From: a virus
DNA: 64,000 nt
Virus record (IMG/VR): IMGVR_UViG_3300032163_000008
Span: 1-64,000 of that record
Direction: 5' to 3' (one strand)
Shown: piece by piece, positions 16,953 to 26,698 of the stretch
How positions within the stretch are numbered: position 1 is the stretch's first letter
Layout: each line of letters begins with the position of its first letter
Notes under the pieces: generated by a model
The model's input: the letters and a program-made list of their open reading frames with translations, nothing else
The model's database searches: none
What the model was told of the DNA's origin: nothing
Position numbers and translations under genes: made by a program

Positions 16953-17180
16953 TTACATCCTGTTAATAACTACTCGCCTGGGCTTGCCCTTTTTGGCCTT
17001 ATACGCGTCTAAGCGGTCTTCGGCGCTGGGAGTTGCCTTGAGTTTGCTCCCACTCCGAAGGGGACCCTCTACCTCTACGTCATTGGGAGCAGGTATGTCA
17101 TCGCCTGCTCTGTGATTGTTGGCATCATAACTACTCAGCTTAAAGGCTTTAACCATGTCTTCAAAATCTCTGGCGTACAT
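16953..17180 (-). CDS. putative internal head protein
   Basis: GAGGA RBS before ATG 17180; MVKA motif. Confidence 0.6.
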   Translation of the reverse strand: MYARDFEDMVKAFKLSSYDANNHRAGDDIPAPNDVEVEGPLRSGSKLKATPSAEDRLDAYKAKKGKPRRVVINRM

Positions 17181-17181
17181 A

Positions 17182-17703
17182 TTAGTCCTCTTTCTTAAGC
17201 AGATGGCCTCTGCGTTTACTCGCATCGATGATCTCTACTTCTTTTTTAGTGCGTTTAACTTCTACGGGAGCAATGACCTGTTTGGTGCGATCCTTGTTCC
17301 AGATCGGTATAAAGAACTTCTTCTGTTTCTGAGCAGCAGCGGGTTCATCCGGCTTACGTATCCACTCACTACCAGTGCCTTTGATCTTAGCAGGATCACT
17401 GCCGAAGCTGCCAGTACTAAGCATATACGCTTTGGCGAAGTTCTCGGCGAAGTCCGCCCATAGCTGCCTGTACAGGGGATCCAAGTTGTAACTCTTATTC
17501 AAATAATCTTGGTTCTCTAGGACGATGCCAGCAAAGATCTCCGTGACAAATCCTGGGTCGGCAAACCCGGTAAAGCTCTTGTTGAGTTCGTCATAGAAGT
17601 ACACCTCTCTGCCCGCGCTGATATCAGCGAGTAGGGGTTCAACACAGCCCTTATAAAGCTCTGTCATTCTCGGATCTCTGAGGTAATCGCTGTAGTTATC
17701 CAT
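17182..17703 (-). CDS. putative internal head protein
   Basis: LYKG, LNKS, FAKA motifs; operonic. Confidence 0.7.
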   Translation of the reverse strand: MDNYSDYLRDPRMTELYKGCVEPLLADISAGREVYFYDELNKSFTGFADPGFVTEIFAGIVLENQDYLNKSYNLDPLYRQLWADFAENFAKAYMLSTGSFGSDPAKIKGTGSEWIRKPDEPAAAQKQKKFFIPIWNKDRTKQVIAPVEVKRTKKEVEIIDASKRRGHLLKKED

Positions 17704-18104
17704 TATTTTTCTGGGTACTTCAGAGGTTGTATGCTGAGGACGTTGTCACCCTTTTTAACCAGCTCATTATGCAGCTGTGCATGATGATTAGCTTTGGCGT
17801 GTTGGTGCCGGGCCATGTTTATATGTGCATGCATATAGTTATCGGCTTTGGCTTGGGCGTGATGATCGGCCTGATCTTCCCAACTTGCATTGGGATTACT
17901 CTTATCCTTGGGTATATCCAGAGCTTGACCCGACTTCTTGGCATAGTCTTCGGCTCCGTACATCCAGGTGTGAGCATTGTGTGCGTGACCCAGTGCTCTG
18001 TGATAGTGATGCTGCTTCTCATGCTCACGGCTCTGAGCCATGTGGTCATTCGCTTGTTTCGTATGATCTCTGTATTGTTGAAACGGTGTCATTTGCTTTT
18101 CCAT
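17703..18104 (-). CDS. His-rich protein (putative virion-internal)
   Basis: very high His content; TATAATTA at 18123-18130 upstream on the - strand. Confidence 0.7.
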   Translation of the reverse strand: MEKQMTPFQQYRDHTKQANDHMAQSREHEKQHHYHRALGHAHNAHTWMYGAEDYAKKSGQALDIPKDKSNPNASWEDQADHHAQAKADNYMHAHINMARHQHAKANHHAQLHNELVKKGDNVLSIQPLKYPEK

Positions 18105-18131
18105 GTTGTACCTTCTCTTTCCTAATTATAC

Positions 18132-18359
18132 CTAATTGGGCTGTCCATATTCTCGAAACACCTTAAGGTTCTGTCCTTCGATGTTATGGCTCCTATTTAT
18201 ATGGGCCTTGCCCTGAAGTGGTTTTACTTCGGCATTAGGATCGGGGCTGCCTTCAGCCTTAGCCTTTTTTTGCTTGGCTTTGATCCCTGGGCCCAACTCA
18301 TTGATGTGTATGTCGTCAAACTTATAAGCTTTTAGGAGGTCTACGAATGAGTTGAGCAT
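18132..18359 (-). CDS. putative internal head protein
   Basis: LLKA motif; coupled to upstream gene. Confidence 0.65.
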   Translation of the reverse strand: MLNSFVDLLKAYKFDDIHINELGPGIKAKQKKAKAEGSPDPNAEVKPLQGKAHINRSHNIEGQNLKVFREYGQPN

Positions 18360-18991
18360 TAGTTTTGACTCCTACCCTTGCCATAAGTCTTGAAGTCACT
18401 GACATCGTGTTTAAGTGCTGGCTTGTATACAACCTTGGTTTGATCAGGCTTCAAATGAGGGGGTTCGGTGTTTTGTACCCTGGCATTAGGAATCTTTGTC
18501 TCTTTGTCTTCATTGGTGCTATCAAAGAGCTTGCCTCGGGCATAAGCATCACCCTTGGGTACAAAGCTCTTTCTTTCTTCACTGCTATAGGTATTCTTGG
18601 GCCAGCGCTTCTTTGAAGGCGGCTCAGGAGTCTTGGTGCCATTAACTGCATCCTTGATTTGACGGTTAGCATCTCTGCGGTCTCTTCTGAATTGACGATT
18701 CCTAGGACTGATGAACTCATCAAAGACGACAGGCGGATCCTGCATGACATAGGCCTTATTAAGAGGTAGGCCCGGCAGAGCTTTATGGAGTCTAGCACTA
18801 TTGCCTAGACTGGGGTCTCTCCTAGTATTTATTGCTTCACTAGTACCCTTGGCTTGATGGCTCAGGTACTTGGCATAGAGTTGCGTCGAGTTCAGCTGTT
18901 TAGGCATAGGCGTGATTCGGGGCTGACCCATGCCGGTACTTCCACCCATGAGAAGAGCCTTAGTTAGTAGAACAGGGATATCTTTTGACAT
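18359..18991 (-). CDS. putative internal head protein, low complexity
   Basis: TATAATTT just upstream; LTKA, LHKA, LNKA motifs. Confidence 0.7.
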   Translation of the reverse strand: MSKDIPVLLTKALLMGGSTGMGQPRITPMPKQLNSTQLYAKYLSHQAKGTSEAINTRRDPSLGNSARLHKALPGLPLNKAYVMQDPPVVFDEFISPRNRQFRRDRRDANRQIKDAVNGTKTPEPPSKKRWPKNTYSSEERKSFVPKGDAYARGKLFDSTNEDKETKIPNARVQNTEPPHLKPDQTKVVYKPALKHDVSDFKTYGKGRSQN

Positions 18992-19043
18992 GCTACCTAA
19001 ATTATACCTCAAAGTACTAAAATAATCTTTTATAGTACTAGTC

Positions 19044-19325
19044 GTGAGTAAATACTTGTGTTATATAATTACGGGCTACGAGGGTCTAACAGCTCGAGAC
19101 CTCGAAGACCTTAGAGCACAGGACGTTTGTCTCGACGACTGGGATTATATGCTTGTCCTCCCCGCAGATGTCCTCCACGTCGAAACTGATGAGTGGGGAA
19201 AACCGTATTGGACTACTTCAGACTATGACCTGCAAAGACTGATGACTGGATGCTGCGACAATACTTGGTATAAAATTAAGTATAGGGGTCAAACTAAAGC
19301 CCTGGGAGTAGCTTATCATGCGTAG
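19044..19325 (+). CDS. hypothetical protein
   Basis: ORF overlapping next start. Confidence 0.6.
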   Translation: MSKYLCYIITGYEGLTARDLEDLRAQDVCLDDWDYMLVLPADVLHVETDEWGKPYWTTSDYDLQRLMTGCCDNTWYKIKYRGQTKALGVAYHA

Positions 19326-19551
19326 ACCAACCTTTTGGAACTATGGTTTTTACATGGGCCTATCTAAAAACAAGAGCTTGGAAGTAGAATTTCTCGCCGA
19401 GGATACTTGGTTTGAGTTTTATATTGCACTAATTAGGCATCAAGATCACGCAGGGTTTAACCTGCGAATCGCAGTGCTTAGGTTGAGTTTTAACCTTAAA
19501 TTATATGATAATAGACATTGGGATTATGAAAATAACGAATATGAGGAGTAA
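19318..19551 (+). CDS. hypothetical protein
   Basis: GGAG RBS; YDNRHWDYEN C-terminus. Confidence 0.65.
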   Translation: MRRPTFWNYGFYMGLSKNKSLEVEFLAEDTWFEFYIALIRHQDHAGFNLRIAVLRLSFNLKLYDNRHWDYENNEYEE

Positions 19552-19554
19552 CAC

Positions 19555-19884
19555 ATGGTAGTAATCGTAGTAGAGCCCGCAGTTCCTGCGGAAAAAGAGG
19601 AAAACGTCGCGGAAGTCACAGGGGTACCTAGTAAATTGATTAAGTTTTTTAGAGAGACTTGCAGTCCCTGCAAGCAACTGACGCCTATTTTAAATCATAT
19701 TTTAGTTGACTATCCCCAAGTAGAGGTCTATAATTATGATGCTGATAAACAGCCTGAATTAGTTCAGCAATACAGTGTAACAGCTGTGCCCACATTAATA
19801 TTTATCAAAGATGATAAAGAAGTTGAACGTATACTAAGCCTTAGGTCGGAGGAAGTACTACGTAAAGCGTTTGAAAAACTATAA
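19555..19884 (+). CDS. thioredoxin
   Basis: CSPC active site, VTAVPTLIFIKD cis-Pro motif. Confidence 0.9.
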   Translation: MVVIVVEPAVPAEKEENVAEVTGVPSKLIKFFRETCSPCKQLTPILNHILVDYPQVEVYNYDADKQPELVQQYSVTAVPTLIFIKDDKEVERILSLRSEEVLRKAFEKL

Positions 19885-19894
19885 AGGAGTTCAC

Positions 19895-20293
19895 ATGAAA
19901 CTAAAAGTATTTGATGTATTGAATAGTATTGAACCAATCCGCGAGCTCAATAACAGAGATGATATGCCAATCGGTGTTAGCTTGAACCTAGTTCTAGCTT
20001 CTAAAGCCCTTGAGCCAATTCTCAATGTCATTGACGAGAAACAAAAAGGTCTTGTTGTAAAGTACACTACACCCACAGAGGAAACTACTACGGATGCAGA
20101 AGGTAAAGAAACAACTCAGACTCTTAATAAGTTTAATAGTGATGAGGATCGTGAAGCCTATAGCAAGGCCTACCAAGAGCTTCTTAATGAAGAAGTAGAG
20201 ATCACTGCTAAGCAAGTTGATTCCAGTAAGTTCCCCGAGACTTTTACAATTAGTGCCCAGAAGCTTATGGCTCTGAGCTGGTTGTTAGTCTAA
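19895..20293 (+). CDS. conserved helical phage protein
   Basis: AAGGAG RBS before ATG 19895; hairpin downstream at 20302-20334. Confidence 0.75.
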   Translation: MKLKVFDVLNSIEPIRELNNRDDMPIGVSLNLVLASKALEPILNVIDEKQKGLVVKYTTPTEETTTDAEGKETTQTLNKFNSDEDREAYSKAYQELLNEEVEITAKQVDSSKFPETFTISAQKLMALSWLLV

Positions 20294-20349
20294 ACTTAGT
20301 CAGAGCAGCATTAGATCGACCCCTAGTGCTGCTCTCCTATAATTAAACT

Positions 20350-20538
20350 ATGCCATTAGGATTCCTTGATACATTATTATTGATTTTAATCACACTAAAG
20401 CTACTACATCTAGTCAGCTTTTCCTGGTGGGTAGTATTTACACCTCTTTTCTTATCACTAGCTCTGAATATTGTGGCCTTTGCAAGCATTATCACACTGA
20501 CTCGAAAAATAGTAGATGTCAAAAAGAAGGCTAAATAA
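20350..20538 (+). CDS. small two-TM membrane protein
   Basis: LKLLHLVSFSWWVVFTPL pattern; TATAATTA at 20338. Confidence 0.7.
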   Translation: MPLGFLDTLLLILITLKLLHLVSFSWWVVFTPLFLSLALNIVAFASIITLTRKIVDVKKKAK

Positions 20539-21836
20539 TGGTACATGTAGAGGGTTACGACAGGTTAGATCCAGTTACAGGTAGAGTTGAGCACGTCAAG
20601 CCTCACGAAGACGCCAGACGTAAAGCAACTCCAGTAGTACCAACAGACCAAGGCAAGGGAGTTACAAAAGAAGTTACTCCAGCCCTTCATATAAATAGAA
20701 AAGCAGAGCAGGGTTCCAGTAATGAGCAGCCCGTACCCATTGATAACTCTTTTACCAGAGCCGATACCAAAGGAATGCTTCATTCCATACAGAAGGCCAA
20801 CCTCGAGGATCTTGTAAGCAATGAGCCCATGGTCATTAGTAGCGCAATAAAGCACAGAAACAGCTATAAAATGATAGAGGCCTACGCAAAAAGGCTCGGA
20901 GAAGACCAGGAAGTTCTGATGAATACCTACGATACGACGAAAGACTGGTTGGCTAAAGCCCTATATAGTAATAAGTACCCCGATGGCAGCGAAATATCAT
21001 CCTTTGCGAACAAGCAGAGTGTTGCAGCTAGCTACAGTAAGTTAAGAGCTGAGCTGAGTAAATACGCCGATTATGAGAATTTAACCAAGCTAAAGACTGA
21101 AGATAACATATATGTCATAGGAAATGTCAATCATAGACTCACAGATGAGTTTCTTAAGAGCAGCGATGACTCCGGCTTAAAGCAAGCAGTCACAAATGTT
21201 AAAGACCTCGTTGACTTCATAGACACAAAAACACCAGATATTCGCAAAGAAACTGCGTCTATTATGGAAAAATATGGCATGAAGGACTACGGAGCTGAAG
21301 CTCTGGATTTCACGGCAAATGGCGACCCCAGCTTTAATCAGGCTGTAATGCAAACCATGTATCATAAGGACTATAATCCCATTACAAAACCTCAGCCCAT
21401 AGTAAAGCCTAAACCCGGGTCAAAAGAGAAGGCTGAACCGGAGCCTGTTGATCTAGGAGAATTCAGCACCAAGTACGTTCACGTCAGTTCTGCTGCAAAT
21501 AGGGCTTACCTAAATGCTCAAGGTGTTAAAGAGATGACTTTATATAGAACCCTAGACTTAAACAAGAATCATCCCACATACAAAAAACTAGATAAAGCAC
21601 ACAACGAGACTGCAGCTACTAAGGGTGCAGTACAATATACAGCAGAAGCTGATATCAGTCCAGCATCCCTATGGAGCTCTGTACCTCCTAAAGCTGATAA
21701 GGGTTCAGTGGTAGTAGCTTCTACTATTCCTGTTCATGACATAGTATCTAGCAAGTATACCGACGAAGCTCTTAACAAGGATAATGCGTTTATTATAGCA
21801 AGTCCCCTACAGCGCAAGGTCAGTCTCCATAAATAA
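20538..21836 (+). CDS. putative virion protein with degenerate ADP-ribosyltransferase-like C-terminal domain
   Basis: N-terminal VEGYDR..VKPH; C-terminal TLYR..SLWSS..IPVHDI..KDNAFII. Confidence 0.5.
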   Translation: MVHVEGYDRLDPVTGRVEHVKPHEDARRKATPVVPTDQGKGVTKEVTPALHINRKAEQGSSNEQPVPIDNSFTRADTKGMLHSIQKANLEDLVSNEPMVISSAIKHRNSYKMIEAYAKRLGEDQEVLMNTYDTTKDWLAKALYSNKYPDGSEISSFANKQSVAASYSKLRAELSKYADYENLTKLKTEDNIYVIGNVNHRLTDEFLKSSDDSGLKQAVTNVKDLVDFIDTKTPDIRKETASIMEKYGMKDYGAEALDFTANGDPSFNQAVMQTMYHKDYNPITKPQPIVKPKPGSKEKAEPEPVDLGEFSTKYVHVSSAANRAYLNAQGVKEMTLYRTLDLNKNHPTYKKLDKAHNETAATKGAVQYTAEADISPASLWSSVPPKADKGSVVVASTIPVHDIVSSKYTDEALNKDNAFIIASPLQRKVSLHK

Positions 21837-21869
21837 TAAGTAAGTTTTTTTCTCTTTCTAGTATTCGGT

Positions 21870-22094
21870 ATGAAAATTACCTTACAACTCATATCTTTCG
21901 TTATTTTAATGTTCTTTGCCACAGCGGGATTCATGGCTCTATACGACTATGTCCCTATGACTGTAAGGTTCGCTCACCCCATCATTGCGGGTATAATTTT
22001 TGTAACAGCAGCAGTACTACTATTGACTACAATAATCGATAGTATTCTGTGGTTACTCTTAGAGGAAGGAAGTGGTAGAGCAAAGAAAAGGTAG
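21870..22094 (+). CDS. small two-TM membrane protein
   Basis: two hydrophobic segments. Confidence 0.65.
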   Translation: MKITLQLISFVILMFFATAGFMALYDYVPMTVRFAHPIIAGIIFVTAAVLLLTTIIDSILWLLLEEGSGRAKKR

Positions 22095-22125
22095 AGACAT
22101 CACAAATCATATGAAGGAGAATATA

Positions 22126-23532
22126 ATGGATAAAAGATACAACATTATTCTTGACACAGATAGTTACAAGCAGGGACACTGGAATCAGTATCCCAAGGAC
22201 ACCCAGACAATTTATAGTTATTTTGAAGCTCGTATTGGAGCTGAGTACGACAAAACCGTATTCTTTGGCTTACAGTATATCCTCATGAGTTATCTTGAGG
22301 GTGAAGTAGTCACACAAGCTGACATCGATGAAGCCAAGGCGCTCATGGATCAGCACTTAGGGCCTAACGCCTTCAATCTCGAGGGCTGGCAGTATATTCT
22401 TGATGTACACCAAGGCAAACTTCCTATTCGTATTAAAGCAGTTGCAGAAGGTACACCAGTGCCTGTCGACAATGTTTTAATGACGGTAGAAAACACGGAT
22501 CCTAAATGCTACTGGCTGACCAACTTTGTAGAAACACTGCTTTCACGAGTATGGTATGCATCCACAGTAGCAAGCAAATCCTATAATGTAAAAAAATCGT
22601 TGGAAACCTACTTCGATCGAAATTGTGATAACAGAGACGGCTTAATGTTTATGTTGCATGACTTCGGTAGTAGAGGCGTTTCCTCTTATGAAAGTGCTGG
22701 AATTGGTGGGTTAGCCCACTTAGTTAACTTCATGGGAACTGACACAGTTCATGCCTTGAAGTTTGCACAACAGTACTATGGAGCTCAAGGAGCTGTTGCG
22801 TATTCCGTTCCAGCCACTGAGCACAGTGTTATGACAATCAGAGGTAAAGAAGGAGAAGAGCAGGTCTTTGCTGAACTTCTCGAGAATTATCCTTCTGGTA
22901 TTCTATCAGTAGTTAGCGATAGCTATGACATCTGGAACTTTATCAACTGCTTTGGTGCTAGGTATAAAGAGCAGATCGAAGCCCGAGAAGGTAAACTCGT
23001 CTTTCGTCCTGATAGTGGAGATCCTCTTACCATGGTAACTGGCATTGCGAAGGCTCTCGGTGATATCTTCGGATACACTATGAATAGCAAAGGTGCCAGA
23101 GTGTTGAATCCTAAAGTAGGAATCATCTTTGGTGATGGCTTAGATGAATCAGCTATAGATAGAATCCTCTTTGCTCTTGACCTACATGGCTGGGCAGCAT
23201 CTACATGCGTTTTTGGCATGGGTGGTGGGTTGTTACAGAAAGTTAACAGAGACACACAGAGATTCGCATTCAAATGCAGTGCAACGCAAAGAAACGGCGA
23301 ATGGCACGATGTATACAAGGACCCTGTTGACAAGGGCTTCGTAAAGAACAGTAAGCGCGGTAGATTAATGCTTACCAGGAATGGCGACGACTTTAAAACC
23401 GTCTCAGGATATATGAAGCAGAGATCTCCTGGAGTCTCTTCTTTAGGCTTCGATCTCCTGACTCCTGTGTTTGAGAATGGTGTCATCTTGAAGAAGTACA
23501 GTTTTGATGAGGTAAGAGCTAATGCTCAGTAA
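22126..23532 (+). CDS. nadV: nicotinamide phosphoribosyltransferase (NAMPT)
   Basis: LDTDSYK, LHDFGSRG, SVPATEHS, SVVSDSYD, RPDSGDP, GMGGGLLQKVNRDT. Confidence 0.95.
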   Translation: MDKRYNIILDTDSYKQGHWNQYPKDTQTIYSYFEARIGAEYDKTVFFGLQYILMSYLEGEVVTQADIDEAKALMDQHLGPNAFNLEGWQYILDVHQGKLPIRIKAVAEGTPVPVDNVLMTVENTDPKCYWLTNFVETLLSRVWYASTVASKSYNVKKSLETYFDRNCDNRDGLMFMLHDFGSRGVSSYESAGIGGLAHLVNFMGTDTVHALKFAQQYYGAQGAVAYSVPATEHSVMTIRGKEGEEQVFAELLENYPSGILSVVSDSYDIWNFINCFGARYKEQIEAREGKLVFRPDSGDPLTMVTGIAKALGDIFGYTMNSKGARVLNPKVGIIFGDGLDESAIDRILFALDLHGWAASTCVFGMGGGLLQKVNRDTQRFAFKCSATQRNGEWHDVYKDPVDKGFVKNSKRGRLMLTRNGDDFKTVSGYMKQRSPGVSSLGFDLLTPVFENGVILKKYSFDEVRANAQ

Positions 23533-23932
23533 TGCCATCGAACGTGCTCTCAGCAAGTATAAGAGTGGTAACTGGGATAAGCTGTATCTTGCAGTTGACC
23601 TGCATGGTGTAGTCTGTAAGCCCACCTACTCAGACAAGATTGAGTTCTATGCAGAGGCCTTATGGCCTCTGCAGCAGCTCTCCAAGAGTCCACATATTGT
23701 TTTGATCACCTTTACTGGTAGTCATCCCAAGGATGTGGCTAAAATTGCTAAGAGGCTCAAGGAAGAGTGGCAGATTGAATTCAACTACTTCAACGACAAC
23801 CCTGAAGTAGTAGACAATAAGCTCAGTTGTTTTTATGCGAAATTTTATTTTGACTTACTATTCGACGATAAAGCTGGCTTTGTGCCATACGATTGGTTCG
23901 ATGTTGTCGACGGATTAAAGGAGATATTATGA
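23522..23932 (+). CDS. HAD-fold-like protein
   Basis: LAVDLHGV first motif, NDNPEV, KFYFDLLFDDKAGF. Confidence 0.7.
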   Translation: MLSNAIERALSKYKSGNWDKLYLAVDLHGVVCKPTYSDKIEFYAEALWPLQQLSKSPHIVLITFTGSHPKDVAKIAKRLKEEWQIEFNYFNDNPEVVDNKLSCFYAKFYFDLLFDDKAGFVPYDWFDVVDGLKEIL

Positions 23933-24837
23933 ATACTAGTAACTACGATTTAGGAGTGATCATTGGCAGATTTCAGGTGCCTGAGCTGCATGATTCCCAC
24001 AGAAAGCTATTTGACTTTGTTTTTAAGAACCATAAAAAGGTCATCTGTATCATTGGATTGAGTCCCCTAAAGACTACGCTAAGAAATCCTCTTGACTTTA
24101 TTCAGCGTAAAGCCATGCTTGAGGAAGAGTACCCTCAATTAACATGCCTCTATGTTAAGGATGTATGGGATGATGGCTTGTGGAGTAAGAGTTTAGATGG
24201 AGTTCTCAGCGATAATATGATGCCTGGTCAAAAACCTCTACTCTATGGATCTAGAGATAGTTTCATTAAGGTTTACTCAGGTAGACATGATACATATGAG
24301 CTTGAAAGTGATAGTTTTATCAGTGGCACGGAGATTCGTAAGCAGATTACAAGGTCTATGCACAGCAGTAAAGACTTTCGTATGGGTGCTTGTTGGTCCG
24401 CAGCCAACCACTTTCCTGTGAACTACACTTGCGTGGATGTTGCTATTATGCGGGATCACCGCAGCAAACTGCTATTAGCACGTAAGTCAGATGAGAACTT
24501 ATATAGATTTGTTGGAGGCTTTACAGATCCAACAAGTGAGAGTATTGAGGCTGATGCGCAAAGAGAGGTTCTAGAAGAGTCTGGCTTATACGTGGATAAA
24601 CCTAAATACATCGCTTCAATGCGTATAGATGATTGGCGCTATAGAAGTGAAGTAGACAAGATCTGTACAACCTTTTGGGTAGCGGATGTGATTAGTGGAG
24701 CGCCCATTGCCGGTGATGATGTGTGTGAAGTACGCTGGTTTGACATGGCAACGCTCACAGAATCCCAGATCATGGTTCAACACAGACACCTCTTCCGAGC
24801 TCTTAAAGAGTATATGGAACCAAAGGTACTCGACTAA
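23929..24837 (+). CDS. bifunctional NMN adenylyltransferase / Nudix ADP-ribose pyrophosphatase (NadM-Nudix, NatV-like)
   Basis: GRFQ..LHDSH, ISGTEIR, Nudix box GGF..E....AQREVLEESGL, AGDDV. Confidence 0.92.
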   Translation: MNTSNYDLGVIIGRFQVPELHDSHRKLFDFVFKNHKKVICIIGLSPLKTTLRNPLDFIQRKAMLEEEYPQLTCLYVKDVWDDGLWSKSLDGVLSDNMMPGQKPLLYGSRDSFIKVYSGRHDTYELESDSFISGTEIRKQITRSMHSSKDFRMGACWSAANHFPVNYTCVDVAIMRDHRSKLLLARKSDENLYRFVGGFTDPTSESIEADAQREVLEESGLYVDKPKYIASMRIDDWRYRSEVDKICTTFWVADVISGAPIAGDDVCEVRWFDMATLTESQIMVQHRHLFRALKEYMEPKVLD

Positions 24838-24838
24838 T

Positions 24839-25333
24839 ATGGGTAGAGTACTCATATGGTCTGACCTTCACTTAGGTCATAGTAAGATTATTGAGTACGA
24901 GAATCGTCCCTTTACAGATGTGTATGAGATGGATAAAGAACTACTTGACAACTGGCGCACATTTGTAAAGAAGGATGATACCCTTATTAACTTAGGAGAT
25001 CTCTCCATGTATATTAACAAGGAGAGGATGATAAAGCTCCTCGCCAACCTTCCTGGAAAGAAGATCTTAATCATTGGAAATCATGATCGCAGTAAGCCGG
25101 TGAAGTGGTGGTATGAGGTGGGCTTTGATGAGGTGTATAAACATCCTTATGTCTATTGTGATAGGTTTATATTAAGCCATAAGCCCCTTGAAGGTGACCT
25201 TGGAGGTTTCCTAAATATACACGGACACACTCACAGCCAACGCGAAGACGATAATCAACATAGGTGTGTAAGTGTAGAAAAGACTGGGTATAAACCCCTG
25301 CTATTTGATGACGTTATAAGGAGTTTCAAATGA
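24839..25333 (+). CDS. calcineurin-like metallophosphoesterase
   Basis: SDLHLGH, LGD, GNHD, HGHTH. Confidence 0.9.
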   Translation: MGRVLIWSDLHLGHSKIIEYENRPFTDVYEMDKELLDNWRTFVKKDDTLINLGDLSMYINKERMIKLLANLPGKKILIIGNHDRSKPVKWWYEVGFDEVYKHPYVYCDRFILSHKPLEGDLGGFLNIHGHTHSQREDDNQHRCVSVEKTGYKPLLFDDVIRSFK

Positions 25334-25680
25334 TAAGAGACGCAGCGCAGCTAGGTAATCAGACTATTCAAGACATTAAAGCGGAGAAGGCCCGACAGAT
25401 AGATAAGTGGGGGATACAGGATAGGCCTATAGCGGATTGGTTAGCTATTTTAGGAGAAGAGGTGGGGGAGTGCAACCGAGCCTACCTAGAGATGATGTTT
25501 GACAAAAACTACGATAATTATGACGGACACTATCAGGAGCTCATAGATGAGTTGATCCAAGTTGCCACAGTAGCTGCGAATGTAGCAGACGCTTTGCGGT
25601 TGACTAAGGTAAGGAAGAAAGATATGTTTCAAGCCCTTAAAGATATAATTACGGATGCCTGGACAGGACCAAAGAACTGA
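25330..25680 (+). CDS. MazG-like nucleotide pyrophosphohydrolase
   Basis: ILGEEVGE..DELIQVATVA. Confidence 0.8.
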   Translation: MIRDAAQLGNQTIQDIKAEKARQIDKWGIQDRPIADWLAILGEEVGECNRAYLEMMFDKNYDNYDGHYQELIDELIQVATVAANVADALRLTKVRKKDMFQALKDIITDAWTGPKN

Positions 25681-25853
25681 TGAGAGACCCTAAACGCATC
25701 GAAGAAATCCTCGTAACTCTAGGCCACATTTGGATGAAGCATCCCGATCAGCGCTTTTGCCAACTACTCTTCAATATAGGGCTGGCACAAGACCTCTTTT
25801 ACCTAGAAGATGATAAACTGCAAGTAATGCTAGATAAAGTCAAAAAGGAGTAA
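25680..25853 (+). CDS. 57 aa DUF1040/YihD-like protein
   Basis: MRDPKRIEEIL..IW.KHPDQRFCQLL..DLFYLEDD; not in ORF track. Confidence 0.75.
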   Translation: MRDPKRIEEILVTLGHIWMKHPDQRFCQLLFNIGLAQDLFYLEDDKLQVMLDKVKKE

Positions 25854-25859
25854 ACTGCC

Positions 25860-26012
25860 ATGGATGAATGTGAAAACTGCAAGAAACTGGAAAAGAAGCT
25901 TAAGGACGAGTATGTGAAGATTAGGGCATTGACTACACTATTCTTACAACTAACTGAAGATCACTTGGGGCAACTAGAGACTACTATGAAGGATGCGGAT
26001 GTACCCTTCTAA
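25860..26012 (+). CDS. 50 aa hypothetical protein
   Basis: AAGGAG RBS; MDECENCKK... Confidence 0.55.
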   Translation: MDECENCKKLEKKLKDEYVKIRALTTLFLQLTEDHLGQLETTMKDADVPF

Positions 26013-26223
26013 ACTAGTTACTGAGAAGTTGCAGGAGTTACGGAATGAGCCCAACGAGACTCTGTCTAGGATGAGCTTTGAGGAGTATACTGATGCTGTA
26101 TGGAATGCAGCTATTGAGCATTCTGTAAACACTAGACAGATTCAAAATCTTATTGAGGATGCCTATAGTGAAGGCTATGAGAATGGATGGGAAGAAGGAT
26201 GCGAAGAGTATGACAGCAAATAG
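25993..26223 (+). CDS. hypothetical protein
   Basis: AYSEGYENGWEEG repeat typical of phage ORFs. Confidence 0.6.
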   Translation: MRMYPSKLVTEKLQELRNEPNETLSRMSFEEYTDAVWNAAIEHSVNTRQIQNLIEDAYSEGYENGWEEGCEEYDSK

Positions 26224-26455
26224 TTTAAAAGCGGATAGCAGAGACCTTATTGAGCATCTTGATAAAAGAGGACTCTCATATAAAGAGTCTAATGGTGGAC
26301 AGTTCCATAAAAGTATCGCGATAGGGAGTATTGAGAAGCTTAGGGAAGGCTATAAGATAGCTAACTTATTCAATACGGTAACGAATGAGAAGTTCTTGAA
26401 GGCCTTAGAGGTATCACAGAAGGCTGCCAATATGATACTTCAAAACAACAACTAG
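26210..26455 (+). CDS. hypothetical protein
   Basis: likely ATG at 26210, overlapping upstream stop. Confidence 0.55.
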   Translation: MTANSLKADSRDLIEHLDKRGLSYKESNGGQFHKSIAIGSIEKLREGYKIANLFNTVTNEKFLKALEVSQKAANMILQNNN

Positions 26456-26464
26456 TATAATTAA

Positions 26465-26698
26465 GTCACTCACGTACCTAGTGTACGAGGAGCTATTAGG
26501 ATGCTTGCATCCTTTTTAGAAGAGGCGTGTTGGGGATGGTACACGGCTAATCGATGCTCAGCTTGAGCAGAGTGGGGGATGCCCCAAGCGTGTGCTGGCT
26601 CATGGTAACCAGACTACCCCAACTTAGGCGGACACGCCGCTCTATCGAGGTTTTGGGGGTGTACCCGGTAACAAAACACCCCCTCACACAAAACTTAG
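26465..26698 (+). ncRNA. candidate ~230 nt multibranch structured RNA between two late promoters
   Basis: TATAATTA at 26456 and 26702; stems ggatgc/gcatcc, ggcgtgt/acacgcc, ttgggg..ccccaa, tgctca/tgagca, gggggtgt/acaccccc. Confidence 0.6.
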
